Of a stretch of DNA of 63,798 nucleotides, positions 1 to 13,224 are shown in pieces. The DNA is from Chiloscyllium plagiosum (taxonomy: Eukaryota), in contig NC_057758.1 of NCBI RefSeq assembly GCF_004010195.1, positions 4,312,710-4,376,507 on the forward strand, read 5' to 3'. Made by a program: the position numbers and the translations under genes. The notes beneath the pieces are model-generated. The model did not search any database. It was not told the DNA's origin and was given only the letters and a program-made list of their open reading frames with translations. Position 1 is the first letter of the stretch. The number at the start of each line of letters is the position of its first letter.

Positions 1-142
1 TCCCTCCTCCCGACCTTTTATCTTAGCCTGCCGGACACACTTTCCTCCTTCCTGAAGAAGGGTTTATGCCCGAAATGTCGATTATCCTGTTCCTTGGATG
101 CTGCCTGACCTACTGCGCTTTTCCAGTAACACATTTTCAGCT
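1..142 (+). mobile_element. Penelope-like element 3' tail (pLTR) fragment
   Basis: Matches the tail motif repeated across the window: cctgaagaagggtttatgcccgaaatgtcg...ggatgctgcctgacc...ttttccag. Confidence 0.75.
49..83 (+). ncRNA. Minimal type I hammerhead ribozyme motif (PLE-associated)
   Basis: TTC-CTGAAGA-A-GGGT TTAT GCCC-GAAA-TG-TC^GA: CUGANGA core, 4-bp stem II, GAAA and a GUC cleavage triplet. Confidence 0.6.
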
Positions 143-174
143 ACTTCCCTGATAATATGCCGATGCACATTGAG

Positions 175-530
175 TGTCTGTGTATGTGTATCTATATGTA
201 CCTGTCTTTGAGTGCCTGTTTGTGTGTATGTTTTGTTATGCATGCGTACAAATAATTGTGATTTTTCTTTGTTTATATATACGTGCGTGTCACTGTATGT
301 AGCTGTGTCTGTGTCTCTGTGTGTATGTGCGTCTCTGTTCGTGTGCATGTGTATATTTGACAAAGATAATCTGCCTGCAACAGGACACAATTTAAATGAA
401 GGAATGAAAACATGGTGGATCAATGGGTTAGACTCTCTCTCTCACACTGTCTCTCTCTCTCTCTCTCACACACACACACGCACACACGCACACACCCACA
501 CAGACTCTCTCTGTCTGTCTCTCTATCTCC
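175..530. repeat. Degenerate (TG)n, (CT)n and (CA)n microsatellite region
   Basis: Dinucleotide runs are visible directly. Confidence 0.85.
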
Positions 531-730
531 GTGTGTTCTTGTGTTTCGTGGTACAATGCCACCCTCTGTTAACCTTCGGAGATAACTGCAAAAACTAGCA
601 GAATTTCTTTTTCGGTGAAATCATCAAATCCTGGTAATTTCTCAGTTTACACATCTGATTTGGTTTTCGAAAAATGTCTTTGGGGACTCTGAGTTACGTT
701 GTGCAATCACTTGTGATATTAGCCATGCGA

Positions 731-1050
731 GATGAACAGAAGGAGATGAACGTGAATAATTGAAGGAAGTGAATTGTTTTACTGTTGTTATCCCGGGGAG
801 TTTTGCCTTACTATGGACAATGCTGATTGTTTATCCGATATTAAGATGCATGTATATCTTTGGTTACAGTACGACATGGACGCCTGACCTTTTCATTGTG
901 ACATATCTTTTGTGCTGCGTTTCCTGAGTTGCTGTAAAAAAAGTTGTCATTATGTTGTGTCTGAGACTAAGTTCACCAAGCAGTTGAAGAATATCCTGAA
1001 TTGTCTTTTAAACAAAAAGTTAAATGCATTAAACAGCGAGAATATTTAAA
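731..1050 (+). pseudogene. GPR139/142-like GPCR pseudogene, TM6-TM7 3' fragment
   Basis: With stops and frameshifts it reads EMNVNN*RK*IVLL / VIPGSFALLWTMLIVY / LRFLSCCKKSCHYVVSETKFTKQLKNIL, matching RRKSMILLFLISTNFVLSW and QLTSCCTNVCIYTVTLNKFRDHMK of the 58.7-kb copy. Confidence 0.7.
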
Positions 1051-1285
1051 ATACTTACAATCTCTGAAATCTTAGAGACTCGTTTTTTTTCATGAAATGA
1101 CTCACATATCGGTCACTGGTGCAGATTCCATCGCTCTACACCTGATTCTGTATCAAATGTTTACTTACCTCCGACATCACATCCCATAAGGCGTCATAAT
1201 GTGTACCAAATATTCCTCTTCATTGTGCTTGTTGGTGCTAGATCTCGTTCCGTTACTGAGTGCGGTGGCTTTTTTCATGGCAGAA

Positions 1286-1480
1286 AAAGGTGAGGACTGC
1301 ATATAGTGAAGATCAGAGTCGAGATTGTGTTGCTGCAAAAGCACAGAAGGTCAGGCAACATGCAAGAAGCAAGAGAATTGACGTTCCGGGCATAAGCCCT
1401 TATTGATGTAGGTCCTATGCCTGATTCTTCTGGTCCTCGGTTGCTGCCTGATCGGTTGTGATTTTCCAGTGCCGCACTAC
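1286..1480. mobile_element. Degenerate palindromic PLE-tail element
   Basis: A reverse-oriented tail (aaaagcacagaaggtcaggcaacat...gacgttccgggcataagccc) is followed by a forward tail (ctcggttgctgcctgat...ttttccag). Confidence 0.65.
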
Positions 1481-2721
1481 CACTTTTTCAAAGTAGCATA
1501 CAATTCTCACACCAATTGCCCTTCAGAAGGTGGCGATGAACTCCCTCACTTGAGGCACTGCACCTCTGTGCTGGGGTCAGATCATGCGACAGTGCTGTCA
1601 GGAAGCAATGCACACAGTTCTGTCCCCATTATTGTGAAGAAACGCCCATGTCGTTGTATGTCTTAATGCGTTCTGGTTTGAAAGTGACCATCAAGTTATC
1701 ACTAGATTTGCCGTCTCTTTTATTCTCTTGTTACTGTTCATGGCTGCAGAAAGTGCTGCCAAAGGGATCTTTGCGAGCCGCAACGGTGTATATTGTACAA
1801 GGTGCACACTGCTGCCCCTATGGGGATAGAGCAGATCGTCATTTTTCAAGTGTTCAACAGATTATTAATCAAACGGAAAATTGTATCCTACGTAGAATCA
1901 AGAGTTGATGCTATGGATGATGTAACACCAGGATAAATGTTGTTTTCAGGTTCAGCTAGAAATGAGTGGTGAACACAGGATATTACTTGTGCGACATTCA
2001 GTGATGGGAACATCAGTGTGAATCAAGGCCGTGGCGGCGGTTACTGTTAATTGACGTTCCGGGCATAAGCCCTTATTGATGTAGGTCCTATGCCTGATTC
2101 TTCTGGTCCTCGGTTGCTGCCTGATCGGTTGTGATTTTCCAGTGCCGCACTACCACTTTTTCAAAGTAGCATACAAATCTCACACCAATTGCCCTTCAGA
2201 AGGTGGCGATGAACTCCCTCACTTGAGGCACTGCACCTCTGTGCTGGGGTCAGATCATGCGACAGTGCTGTCAGGAAGCAATGCACACAGTTCTGTCCCC
2301 ATTATTGTGAAGAAACGCTCACGTCGTTCTATGTCTTGATGCGTTCTGGTTTGAAAGTGACCATCAAGTTATCACTAGATTTGCCGTCTCTTTTATTCTC
2401 TTGTTACTGTTCATGGCTGCAGAAAGTGCTGCCAAAGGGATCTTTGCGAGCCGCAACGGTGTATATTGTACAAGGTGCACACTGCTGCCCCTATGGGGAT
2501 AGAGCAGATCGTCATTTTTCAAGTGTTCAACAGATTATTAATCAAACGGAAAATTGTATCCTACGTAGAATCAAGAGTTGATGCTATGGATGATGTAACA
2601 CCAGGATAAATGTTGTTTTCAGGTTCAGCTAGAAATGAGTGGTGAACACAGGATGTTACTTGTGCAACATTTCGTGATGGGAACATCAATGTGCATCAAG
2701 GCCGTGGCGGCGGGTCCTGTT
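1376..2721 (+). repeat. Near-identical 673-bp tandem duplication (1376-2048, 2049-2721)
   Basis: Both units start aattgacgttccgggcataagccc and end gccgtggcggcgg...ctgtt. The duplicated ORFs at 1469 and 2142 are offset by 673. Confidence 0.95.
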
Positions 2722-3603
2722 TTTGATTTCATTTTGTTCGAATTCGGACTTTACTGAAAACGGTGTGAAACAAAGTTCCCTTGCTTTTTGTCAGCACAAG
2801 CCTGACAGTTCTCTGTGTCTTGCTGAATTTGAACCTACAGTGGTTCCGTAAAAATGTATCTGACCAAGCTCCTTTCTACAATTCTAGCTGTGACTAGAGA
2901 TGGAAAAGTAAGCAGCCAAAGGAAAGGGGATGTTCCATAATCTTCCATAATCCTTCCTCGATGATTGAGGAGACGAGCACGTCAGATTATATCCAAAGGT
3001 TGAGGCAATTGCATTCATTTTGCGTGATATGATTCATTCATTGTAGGATCACTGAGCTTTGTCTATCGCATTTAGAATACTTAAAACGGATCAGAGATGT
3101 TGTCTTCATATAAATAACTGTTTTATGATTTGTTGATCAGATACCCACATAAACTGTTGCATTTCACCTGCCCACCACATGATTTGCCTCTGTAGAGATA
3201 AAAACGTGATGTGGACTCCCAAAAATCGAGAGATTACATGTTTCTGAAAATAGCCCAGTGCCAAATTTACAAGCAGTTGCCAATGTGTATAACATCGTTG
3301 CCAGTGGCACCAACTAAGCAATTAACAGAGAAGAAATTATGGTAGTCCTGGCTGACATTTTTGCAACGGTGTTAGCCATGAGTGACCCCAGAAGACTCAA
3401 CGATAGCGATTATTGTGCATTTATTAGAGAAGGGCTACTTAGTACATCCTTGGATGTACAGAGCAGCAAAACAAACATCTGTGTTAGTAAGATTAGATTC
3501 TGACAGTTAAGAGTCTGACAGCAAGCATTTGGACAGACAGGTTTTGATTAAAAATAGTCAGCATGTTTTGGTGCGTGCGAGATCATGCCCCACAAGCTTG
3601 GGA

Positions 3604-4195
3604 GAACATAGAATGTAGAACAGCATAGTAATATACAGTCCCTTCGGTCCTCGATGCTTCGCCAGCCTTTTGTCATGCTCTGAGATCAAACAAACCTGCA
3701 GATCTTTCACTGAATCAACTTTCATGTGCTTATCCACGAGTCGCTTAAATGTCCCTAATGTATCTGACTCTACTCCACAGTTCGCAGTACAGTGCACGCA
3801 CCCGCCACTATCTGTGTAAAGAACGTACCCCTGACATCTCCCCTTAAACTTCTTCCAATCAGCTTAAATTTGTGACCCTCTCATGATAGACATCTCCACT
3901 CTGGGAAAATGCCTCTGGCTATCGTTACTTCTCAACACCTTGCACACCTCTATGAAGTCATCCTTCTTAACTCCAAAAGAGAAAAGTCTGAGCTGCGTCA
4001 CACTTTCTTTATAATACATGTTCTCCAGTTCAGACAGCATCTTTTACATCTCTGCTAAAGCTTCCACATCACTTCTGTAATGAGGCGAGCAGAACTGAAT
4101 ATAATATTCCAAGTGTGTTGAACCTGGGTTCTATAGAACAGTAGCATAATGTCACAGTTCTTAAACTCAATCCCCCTTGTAATGAAAGCCAACGT
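3604..4195 (-). mobile_element. CR1 LINE 3' end
   Basis: Tail repeat gaacatagaatgtagaac plus cccttcgg; upstream is a degraded RT C-terminal region. Confidence 0.8.
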
Positions 4196-4199
4196 AAAT

Positions 4200-6620
4200 T
4201 GTGGTTGCAGTGCCAAGAGGTTGAGAGTAGAGAGGCCAGAAATATGGTTTCAAGGTAGCAAGAGTTTACTGGTAAATAGGAAGGTCGTCTGAAGAAAGTC
4301 TACATCAATGCCAGGAGCATCCGGAATAAGATGGGTGAACTTGCAGCAGAGGTTGTTACCTGGGACTTCGATGTTATGACCATTTTAGAGACATGGATAG
4401 AGCAGGGACAGTAATGTTTGTTGCAGGATCCGGATTTAGATGTTTCAGAAAGAACAGATAAGATGGTAAAAGATAGGGTGGTGTGGCATTGTTCGTCAAG
4501 AACAGTATTACGGTGACAGACAGGATGCTTGAATACTCGTCTACTGACATAGTATGGGCAGAGGTTCGAAACAGGAAAAGAGACCTCACCCTTTGGGAGT
4601 TTGCTACTGGCCAGGTGTTAGATTTGGTAGTATGTGAACACTTTGGCGATGGTGACCACAATTCGGTTACGTTTCCTTTAGCGATGGAAAGCTTCAGTTG
4701 TATAACACAGGACATCAGTTATTGGTGGGGTAAAGGCAAATATGATGCGATGAAGCAAGTTTAATGATGCGTAAGATGCGGAAGAAAACTGCAGTGATGG
4801 GCGCAATTGAAATGTGGAGCTTATTCAAGGAACAGCGACTGTGTGTCAGGCAGGGAAGAACTGGGCGAACGAGGGAGCTGCGGTTTATTGAAGAGGTTGA
4901 ATCACTTGTCAAGCAAAAGAAGAAGACTTATGTTAGGATGAGACGGGAAGGGTCATTTAAGGTGCTTGAGAGTTACAAGTTAGCCATTGAAGACATAAAG
5001 AGAGAGTTCAGAAGAACCAGGAATGGTCATGAGACATCGCTGGTGGATAGGTCAATGCAAACCCTAAATCATTCTGCCGGTGTATCAGAAATAAAAGGAT
5101 AACTAGAGAAAGATTAGGGCCAATCAATGAAAGTTGTGGGAAGTTGTGTGTGGAGTCCAAGGAAATAGGGAAAGTGCTAAATATATAAGTTTCATCAGTG
5201 TTCACACACGAAAAGGACAATGTTTTCAAGGAGAACGCGGAGATATAGTCTAGTGGACGAGATGGGATTTATGTTCGCAAGGAAGAGGTCTTAGCTATTC
5301 TGGAAAGTCTGAAAATAAATAAGTACCTTCGACCAGATAGGATTTATCCGAGGATTTTCTGGGATGTCGGGGAGGAGATTGCAGAGTTTTTGCTTTGATC
5401 TTTATGTCGCTATTGCCTAGAGGATATTGCCAGAAGACTGGCGAGTAGCAAATGTCGTCCCTTTATTCAAATATGGTAGCGGGTGGAGTGAACCATAGAA
5501 ATTATGGTCCAGTGTGTTTTACTTTCTGTGTGCGTAGTGATGGAAAAAGGTTATAGAAGATAGAACTTATAATCATCTGGAGAGGAATAAATCGATTAGG
5601 GATAGTTAACACGGTTTTTCAAAGCGAGGTCTTGCCTCGTACACTTTATTGATTTCTTTGAGATGGTGAGAAAATGGGTAGATGAGGGTAAAGCGGTCGA
5701 TGTGGTGTATGGGGATTTCAATAATGATGTTATTTCCCCACAATAGGCTGCTGCACAAAATTGAGGTCGATTTAGCTGTTTCGACCAGAAGTTGGCCAAT
5801 AAAAGTAGACAGAGCGTGGTCATTGATGGAAATATTCATCCTGGAGTTCCGTTACTCGTGATGTACTGCAACGATCTGTTTCGGGCAACTGCTGATTATC
5901 ATTTTTATAAATGAGTTGGTGAACACATATGAAAATGGATTAGTGAATTTGCGGATGACACTCATGTCGGTGGTGTTGTGGATAGTACCGAATGAGTTAC
6001 TGGTTACATAGGGGCGTAGATAACCTGCAGAGCTGAGCTAAGTGGTGGCAAAGGGAGTTTAAAGCCGAAAGGTGGGAGTTCAATATCTTTGATAGGGGCA
6101 ACACGAATAAATTCGACTGGGCTAATGGTTAGATTCTTGGTAGTGTAGATGAGCAGAGTGATCTCGGTATCCATGTGGATNNNNNNNNNNNNNNNNNNNN
6201 NNNNNNNNNNNNNNNNNNNNNNNNNNNNNNNNNNNNNAGGATGTTGCCTGGTTTGTAGGGAAAGTACCATGAGGAAAGGCTGACCAGTTTGAGGCTGTTT
6301 TCATTCGAGAGAGGAAGGCTGAGAGGTGAATGAATTGAGACATGTAATGTAATCAAAAGTTTAGATAGGGTTAACAGTGACAGTCATTTTGCTGGAATAC
6401 TGATGGCTAGCACGAAGGAACATCGCTTTAAATTGAGGGATGATAGATGTAGGACAGATGACAGAGGTTGGTTTTTCACTCCTAGAGTAATAAGGGCGTG
6501 GAACGCACTGACTTCAACAGTAGTCGGCTCGCCAACTTTAAGGGCATTTAAATGTTCATTGATAAACATACTGATGAAAATAGAATAGCTTAGGGCAAAT
6601 AGGCTTCAGATTGGTTCCTA
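4200..6620 (+). mobile_element. Degraded CR1 LINE ORF2 (APE endonuclease and RT)
   Basis: YINARSIRNKMGEL, GGVALFVK, EHFGDGDHNSV, KAVDVVYGDF, FADDT and FFTPRVIRAWNAL, with many stops. Confidence 0.9.
6181..6237. other. Assembly gap (57 N)
   Basis: Run of n. Confidence 1.
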
Positions 6621-6679
6621 ATGGTTGGTAGCTTTATGGACTTTATGAAGGAATGGAAAGCAGATTAGTGGTGGCAAAA

Positions 6680-7390
6680 ATGGCGGAGACTGTTCTGTGG
6701 GATTTAGATTTAGGTAGCATGGGTTTCGGCTGAAGAGTTCATCTCTCTGCAACTTGATATTATTTTTTTGTAGAGGAGACAAGACAGTTGATGAGGGAAG
6801 GGCAATTAAAGGTTTTTTTTTACGTGGACTTTTACAATAACGTACGCATGGGAGGCTGGAACAAAATGGAGATTCTCGTGGGATCTTGGCTGTGCTGGCT
6901 AGACGGTCATAGAAAACAGAGTGGTGTGGTGGAAAGGTAGTATTCAGAACCGCGATAGGTAACTAGTATTTCGTTGCTATCAATGATGTGACCTTTGTTG
7001 TCTCTGTTCCATTTAAATTATCTGCAGGAAAATGTGGGGGATCTGATGAGGAAGTTTGCGGATGATAAAGAAAATTGTAGGCAGTGCTGAGAATTATCAA
7101 ATAATACACCGGGATACACCGGGCTATGGACAGGTTGCAGATTCTGATGGGGAAAAAAGGCAGATGTAGCTTAATCCGGAAAATGCAACTGGATGTATTT
7201 AATCAGATCAAATTCAGGTGTTAATGATAGAATATTTTATACAAGCGTATGCAGCGTTGACACGGAGACGGATTTGGGTGTAAACTTCTCCAGCTTCCTG
7301 ACAGTGCAAAATCGGGCAGATAAGGTGGTTACGAAGGTATAAATTAAGCTTGCATTCATCAGCTGAGGCATGGAGTATAGGGCAGAAGTT
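6680..7390 (+). mobile_element. Old CR1 RT fragment
   Basis: gttgatgagggaagggca, aagtttgcggatgat (KFADD). Confidence 0.65.
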
Positions 7391-7530
7391 ACATATTTTG
7401 TGGTTGCAGGGGAAGTTTTTATGACGCAGTGGGAGGGTGTCAGACGTGGATGAGGAATGAGCCAGGGTATGCCGGAGGGAATGATGTTTGTGGTAGGCTG
7501 ACAAGAGAGAGGTTGTTGCATCCCGCTGAA
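7385..7530 (-). mobile_element. Penelope-like element fragment (Cys-rich linker before GIY-YIG)
   Basis: HSLRHTLAHSS...NFPCNHKICNFCP resembles the PLE FPCNRxxCxTCP motif. Confidence 0.55.
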
Positions 7531-8424
7531 GGTAGTGGAAATTGTGGCTAATAATCCTGAAATAAATACCGGTCAGTATTGTTCACGAGAGGGCCAGACG
7601 CATTTCTTTGTTGATCAGTGACTTGACGAGAATTTTCTCAATTAGTCCTATTCAATAAATATTTGAGTTCTCCCCAATACATGAGCACTCGATTCATTCG
7701 TTAACTGAAACAATCATTAATCTGTTAATTTGTCATATCTTTTGTGGAAGCTTTCTGTGTACTACTTCGCTCTTGCATATCAATTATGAGCGCATTTGTA
7801 TAAACTGCAATGAAGGCATATCAATAAGGCTTGCTTAGATTGAGACTTTGCAAGAGCTTAGAGGCATTATAGAAATAGAAGAGCTTGAAAACCGTTCTAA
7901 AATTCTGACATTTGTTGAGGTCCAGTGCATAAAAAAATCTTCACTCAAATAGCAATTCAGATGAATACTGGACTCCTGTGAAATACTTCACTGATTATGC
8001 GAACAGAATGGTCAAAACGATGTTTGAATTTAAAACAATGGGAATACCGCTTGCAAGTGATGCCCTTGTATTATTTTCGTGTTTGAAACATTGGTAAATA
8101 ATCGTGCATTTTTCTATTGTTTTAATTGAAACTCATTCTCTTATTCTGCTGTTGTTGCGTCTACACTTTAGTTGAAACAAACATAAATTCAGAAGGAGAA
8201 GTCCGCGATTAGACAATTGAATGCGATAAAGTAAATAAACATTTCAGTGTACACAGCGCAGCATACATAGAGACACCCGTACAGATATATCTACTGATTT
8301 TTCTCAGGCAAATTTTTCACGATCTTTACTGTCCCACGAAAAGAACGAAAGATATTTGTGCTTTGAGACAACCATTGTCAACTCGAACTGAAATTCTTAA
8401 TGACATTGCAAAAGTATCTGTGAT

Positions 8425-8719
8425 TAGATTACATTACAGTGTGGAAACAGGTCCTTCGGGCCAACAAGTCCACACCGACCCGCCGAAGCGAAACCCACCC
8501 ATACCCCTATATTTACCCTTTACCTAACACTACGGGCAATTCACCTGACCCCGCACATCGTTGGACTGTGGGAGGAAACCGGAGCACCCGGAGGAAACCC
8601 ACGCAGACACTTGGAGAACGTGCAAACTCCACACAGTCAGTCGCCTGAGGCGGGAATTGAACCCAGGTCTCAGGCGCTGTGAGGCAGCAGTGCTAATCAC
8701 TGTGCCACCGTGCCGCCCA
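8425..8719 (-). mobile_element. HE1-type tRNA-derived V-SINE, near full length, with 7-bp TSD ctgtgat
   Basis: Reverse strand reads ggcggcacggtggcacagtgattagcactgctgcctcacagc...gggttcaattccc (A/B boxes), a V-domain and a taatct tail. ctgtgat occurs at 8418-8424 and 8720-8726. Confidence 0.92.
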
Positions 8720-9789
8720 CTGTGATGCTTCCTGAATCACATTCTTGCATCACAGTCTTTCAACTTTGACTCCTGAGTCCTCCCTCTCCACACGGAGCCA
8801 TTGTATTTTCTCTGTAACCTGATTTTCATTTCTAACCAGATATTTCCGTGAGAGGAATACCGAAATTGAACTGGTTACTGGGATTACTTGGCTCGTTATT
8901 TCAGGAGCCAGTAGACATAAGAGTTTATAAAACCTCCTTCTGTACTGTATTATACTATGCAGTGCATCATTTGTTTTCTTTTACTTCTGAACAAGAGGTG
9001 GGGCTGTTTGATGGAACAGCGGAACCGTGTCAAGATTGTTTTAGTTTGACTTTTAATCAAGTCACGTGTCTGCATTCAGGGAATCTTGTTTTTCGGCGGA
9101 TTGGACGAATGTTGTCGTAGTACCAAACACCGAGCTGGATGAACCCTGGAGGTTCAATCAGAACAAAGAATAATTAAATTTACTCTGATTTTAATTTGTG
9201 CAGATATGCTCTGGGAGTGTTTTTAAAAATTGTGTAAGGTGGGAAGTCTTATTTGTGTTTGACTTTCAGTGGATGTTTTAACAACTCCAATTTTCTGCCT
9301 GCTCCAATATCCTTTGACTCTGTTCCTCAAGGTCTGAACTCTCTTTTCTTAAAATGAATCAACTTTAAGTGCGTTAAAGCTTTGCTGTGTTTGTGCTGCA
9401 TTTATTTTAAGCACAGTATCACTTTTATAACTTACTCAACTGTTTTAATTTTCATGGCCATGCATATTTACTGCTGCAAAATGACAGCTATTCTAGTTAC
9501 TGCTGAACACTTTATTTGCAATGTGAAGTCAAGTATAGAAATGAAGTAGTAAATTGAAAGTTGTCTAATGTTGTCACACATGATTCCATCTTAGAGGCCA
9601 ATGTACCTGGGCACAAAAGGGGTAAGATGTAACGTCCTAAGAGAAACATGAGTTACAAAGCTAAGTATGCCTTCATAGAATATTAGAAAATTAAAGGAAT
9701 TTGCAACAGTTTACACTAAAGTTTCTCATAAATTAAACTTGGTATAAAGGAATAAGATGATTCATCCGCCCATCTCGCTCTGCTGTTTG

Positions 9790-10850
9790 CTTTCCATGCC
9801 ACCACCACATACAGAGTCGGTGCTATTGAAATTTCAGCCTCATCGGTCACTCCCAGTGCCTCAGGGTACATACATTTGTTGGGATAGTTGACATAATTTC
9901 CGGTTTTGTTTTTGATAGGTAGATAAATGGGAACAGGCTCTATATGTTTGTTAAAGGAGCTCTGATTGGAATTCCAGGCCTGTAGGAATTTCTGCGCATG
10001 TCTTTGTTTAGACTGTCCCAGGACATATATATTGTCCCAGTCAAGCTGGTATCCCTCTTCGTCTATGTGTGTGGATGCGAGTGGTACTTGCTCATGTTTC
10101 TATGTTGGCTAGTTGCTGCTCATGTAGCCTGGTGGCTAATGCCGTACCAGTTTGTTCAATCTAATTTTTGTTGCAGTCCTTGCAGGGTATATTTGTGAAT
10201 AACGATTGTTTCTTATGGCTGTGGGTACAGAGTCCTTCAAATCAAAAGTAGATGTTTCAGTGAGGTGATAGTCTTGTGGGTTAGCTTAGATTACTTACAG
10301 TGTGGAAACAGGCGATTTGGCCCAACAAGTCCACACCGGCCCGCCGAAGCGTAACCCAACCAGACCCATTCTCCTACATTTGCGCCTTCACCTAACACTA
10401 CGAGCAATTTAGCATAGCCAATTCACCTAACCTGCACATTTTTGGATTGCGCAGACACGGGGAGAATGTGCAAACTCCACACAGAGAGTCGCCTGAGGTG
10501 GGAATTGAACCCCGCTTTCCGGCTCTATGAGGCAGCAGTGCTAACCACTGTGCCCCCGTGCCACCCACGTTACTTAGGTACCGAGTGGCCGGAATAGTCT
10601 GGTCGTCATATCAGAAAAGCCTTTCAAGTATTTTACTATGGCAAGAGTCTCTGGGCTTATTGGGTCTTCCTGGTTATGTCTGTTCTGTAGATATCGACCG
10701 ACTACACTTATCCGTTACCCCTTATTACTGAACACGTTGCATAGGTGTTTATCGTCGACAAGTGATTGCGTGGTTTGGCTCGTTCAATTAACTTGATGAT
10801 GCAGCTCCGTTTGTGGGTGTTGGGATGGTTGCTTTGCAAGTTTAGTGTTT
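9790..10850 (-). mobile_element. Penelope-like retroelement (GIY-YIG endonuclease region), interrupted by a SINE
   Basis: IPCKDCNKN*IEQTGTALATRLHEQQLA...LDWDNIYVLGQSKQRHAQKFLQAWNS...NKHIE. Confidence 0.85.
10287..10568 (-). mobile_element. HE1-type SINE nested in the PLE
   Basis: Same consensus as 8425-8719; flanked by gttagcttag and gttacttag (imperfect TSD). Confidence 0.9.
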
Positions 10851-11164
10851 GGTCAATCTCTTTTATGTTGCAGCACTAGCCTCTGCTATTACGAAAATGC
10901 AAGGGTTAACATACGAAATAAAGTAGAATGTTTATCAGCATCATCGTATACAGACTTTTCCTATAACATCAAATGCTACATTTGTCGCTGGGCCGTATTT
11001 CGTTTTCGCCTTTTGGCAACAAATATTCAGAAACCGATCAAAAGTGGAGCCAACAGTCAAATGGAGAAAGCAACGTTGGGAAACATATGGATGAAGAAAT
11101 ATCACATGACATCCATTTCAACACCTCGTTCAACTCCCCCAACCTCATCTCCTTTCACCAAACA

Positions 11165-12990
11165 ACATTTCACACTATTGTCTTTGACTGGCCCTAATCT
11201 TTCTCTCTTCATTATTGTAATCCTGACATACATGTTTAAAGCTTTAGGGGTTTCTTTGATTATACCTTCCAACGACTTTTCATGACCTATCCTAACTCTT
11301 CTCAGCTGTGTCGTTAGGTCCTTCCGGGCTAACTTATAACTCCAAACCGCCCAACTGAGTCTTCATGTCTCATGTTTCCGGAAGCTTCTTTTTCCTCTTT
11401 ACAAGAGTTTCCAGTCATAAGTTCTCTCCACAGTACCTGATAGGCCCCACACTCTCTCTGATCATTCTCTTATTCCTCAACTAATTTTAAAATGCCTTCG
11501 GGTTTTCCCTAAGACTTCGCGCCAAGGCGTTTTCGTGCCTCCTCAATGCGCTACTCTGTCCATTTTTGAGTTCATTGCTAGGAACCTTTGAAAATCTAAA
11601 ACTTTGCAAGAACCTTCTTCCTCACCATTAAATAAGCTCCTCCTTCCTCTTGACGAGAAACATCTCTTCTCTTATCAACCAAGGGTCCTTCACCTTAACA
11701 TTCCTTGCCTGTCTCAGTGGGAAAATGGTATGCAACATTCGCAACAAGTGTTCCTTTAAATACCTCCATATTCCTATTGTGCATTTCACGGAGAAGATTT
11801 GCTCCTAATTTTTCCTCCACAGGGTCTGTCTAATAACAGTTATAATTTTCCCTCCCCCAGTTAAATTACATCCCAGACTGTCTGCTCCGAGCCCTCTTCA
11901 TGGCTGTGAGTAAAGGTCGGGTGGTTATGGTCACTGTCTCCTAAAAAGTCTCCCAGCGAGAGGCCTGAGACCTGACCTGGCTCGTTGCCTCGAAATAAAT
12001 CCAATATGGCGTCCCCCCACTTGGCCTAATTGCAGATTGAATCAATAATCCTTCCTGGGCACACTGACAAGATTAACTCCATCTCGATCATCTTCACTAG
12101 GGAGATTCCAGCCAATATTGGGAAGTTGATTTTCCCTCAACAATAACTGTTACTTCTGCACCTTTCCAAGATCTGCGATCCAATCTGTACTTCTGTCTCT
12201 CTTCTGCTATTTTTGGTCCGTGGAAAACACACAATAAAGTGACTGCTCCTTTTCTGTTACTGACTTCTACCAATACGAATTCATTAGACAACATCTCCTC
12301 AAGAAATAACCTTTCTGCAGCCGTGTTGCACACTCGAACTAAGAATGCTACTCCTCCATCTCTTTTACATCCCTCTTTGTTCTTTTTAAATTTTCTAAAC
12401 CCTCGAACATCCAGCAAGTCGGTGTTATGCCCAGAGCATCGTAGTTCCAAGTATTGATCAATGCTCTAAATTCATCACTGTTAACCCCCAACACTCCTTG
12501 CATTGAAACATACACACTTTAATGTATCTCTTTTTCCTATCTATTCTACGTTATTCGTGACAGACTCTCTGCATTCTATTTCTGCCCGTTCAACAAATAC
12601 CCTCTCGTCTGATAAATAGCTCAGATTCCCATTCCCCAGCTGAACTAGTTCTCAACTTTCCCAGAAGGCACCCCCATGATCAAAGTAACTTTAACCCTCC
12701 CTCCTGCACCAGCGCTGTAATCATGTATTTATTTGCACTCGCTCCCTGTTTCTCGCCTCAATTGCACCTGTCACTGGTAGTTATCCTGTGATGACTATTC
12801 TTCTCGTACTATTTTTTAGATTCCAACCGAGCTCCCCAAAATCACATTGTTGATTTTCATCCGTTTTCCGAGCTATGTCTCTGATGCCAACGCACATCAC
12901 GACTTCTGCCTGCTCACACGTCCCCTTCAGAATATTGTAGACTCTATCAGAGACATCCCATTTCTTGGCATCTGGAAGGCTGCCTTGAGT
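11165..12990 (-). mobile_element. Degraded CR1 LINE (ORF1 end and APE region)
   Basis: KRDGGVAFLVR...VEVSNRKGAVTLL in ORF 12097-12450. Confidence 0.8.
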
Positions 12991-13224
12991 GAATAATTAG
13001 CTAAAGCTAATCGACTGAAATTTCACAATCATTCGAGAAAATCTGAACTTTTCTTTTAAACCGAGACAGAAAACTTGCAGAAGTTTTATTTTACTAGGCA
13101 CAATGATCAAAATGATTCGAGGATCATTGTGTATGTGACTGAACTGTGCGTTTCACAGAGGTACGTTGTTCCCTGTTGCTCTTGCGGAGAGCGCTTAACA
13201 CAGTTTTGGAATATTTGCTTTCGA

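Noticed and set aside
82..598. ORFs of 113 and 128 aa
   Set aside because: They are translations of TG/CA/CT microsatellites.
8640..8719. tRNA genes at SINE heads
   Set aside because: The A/B-box regions belong to HE1 SINEs and are not complete cloverleaf tRNAs.
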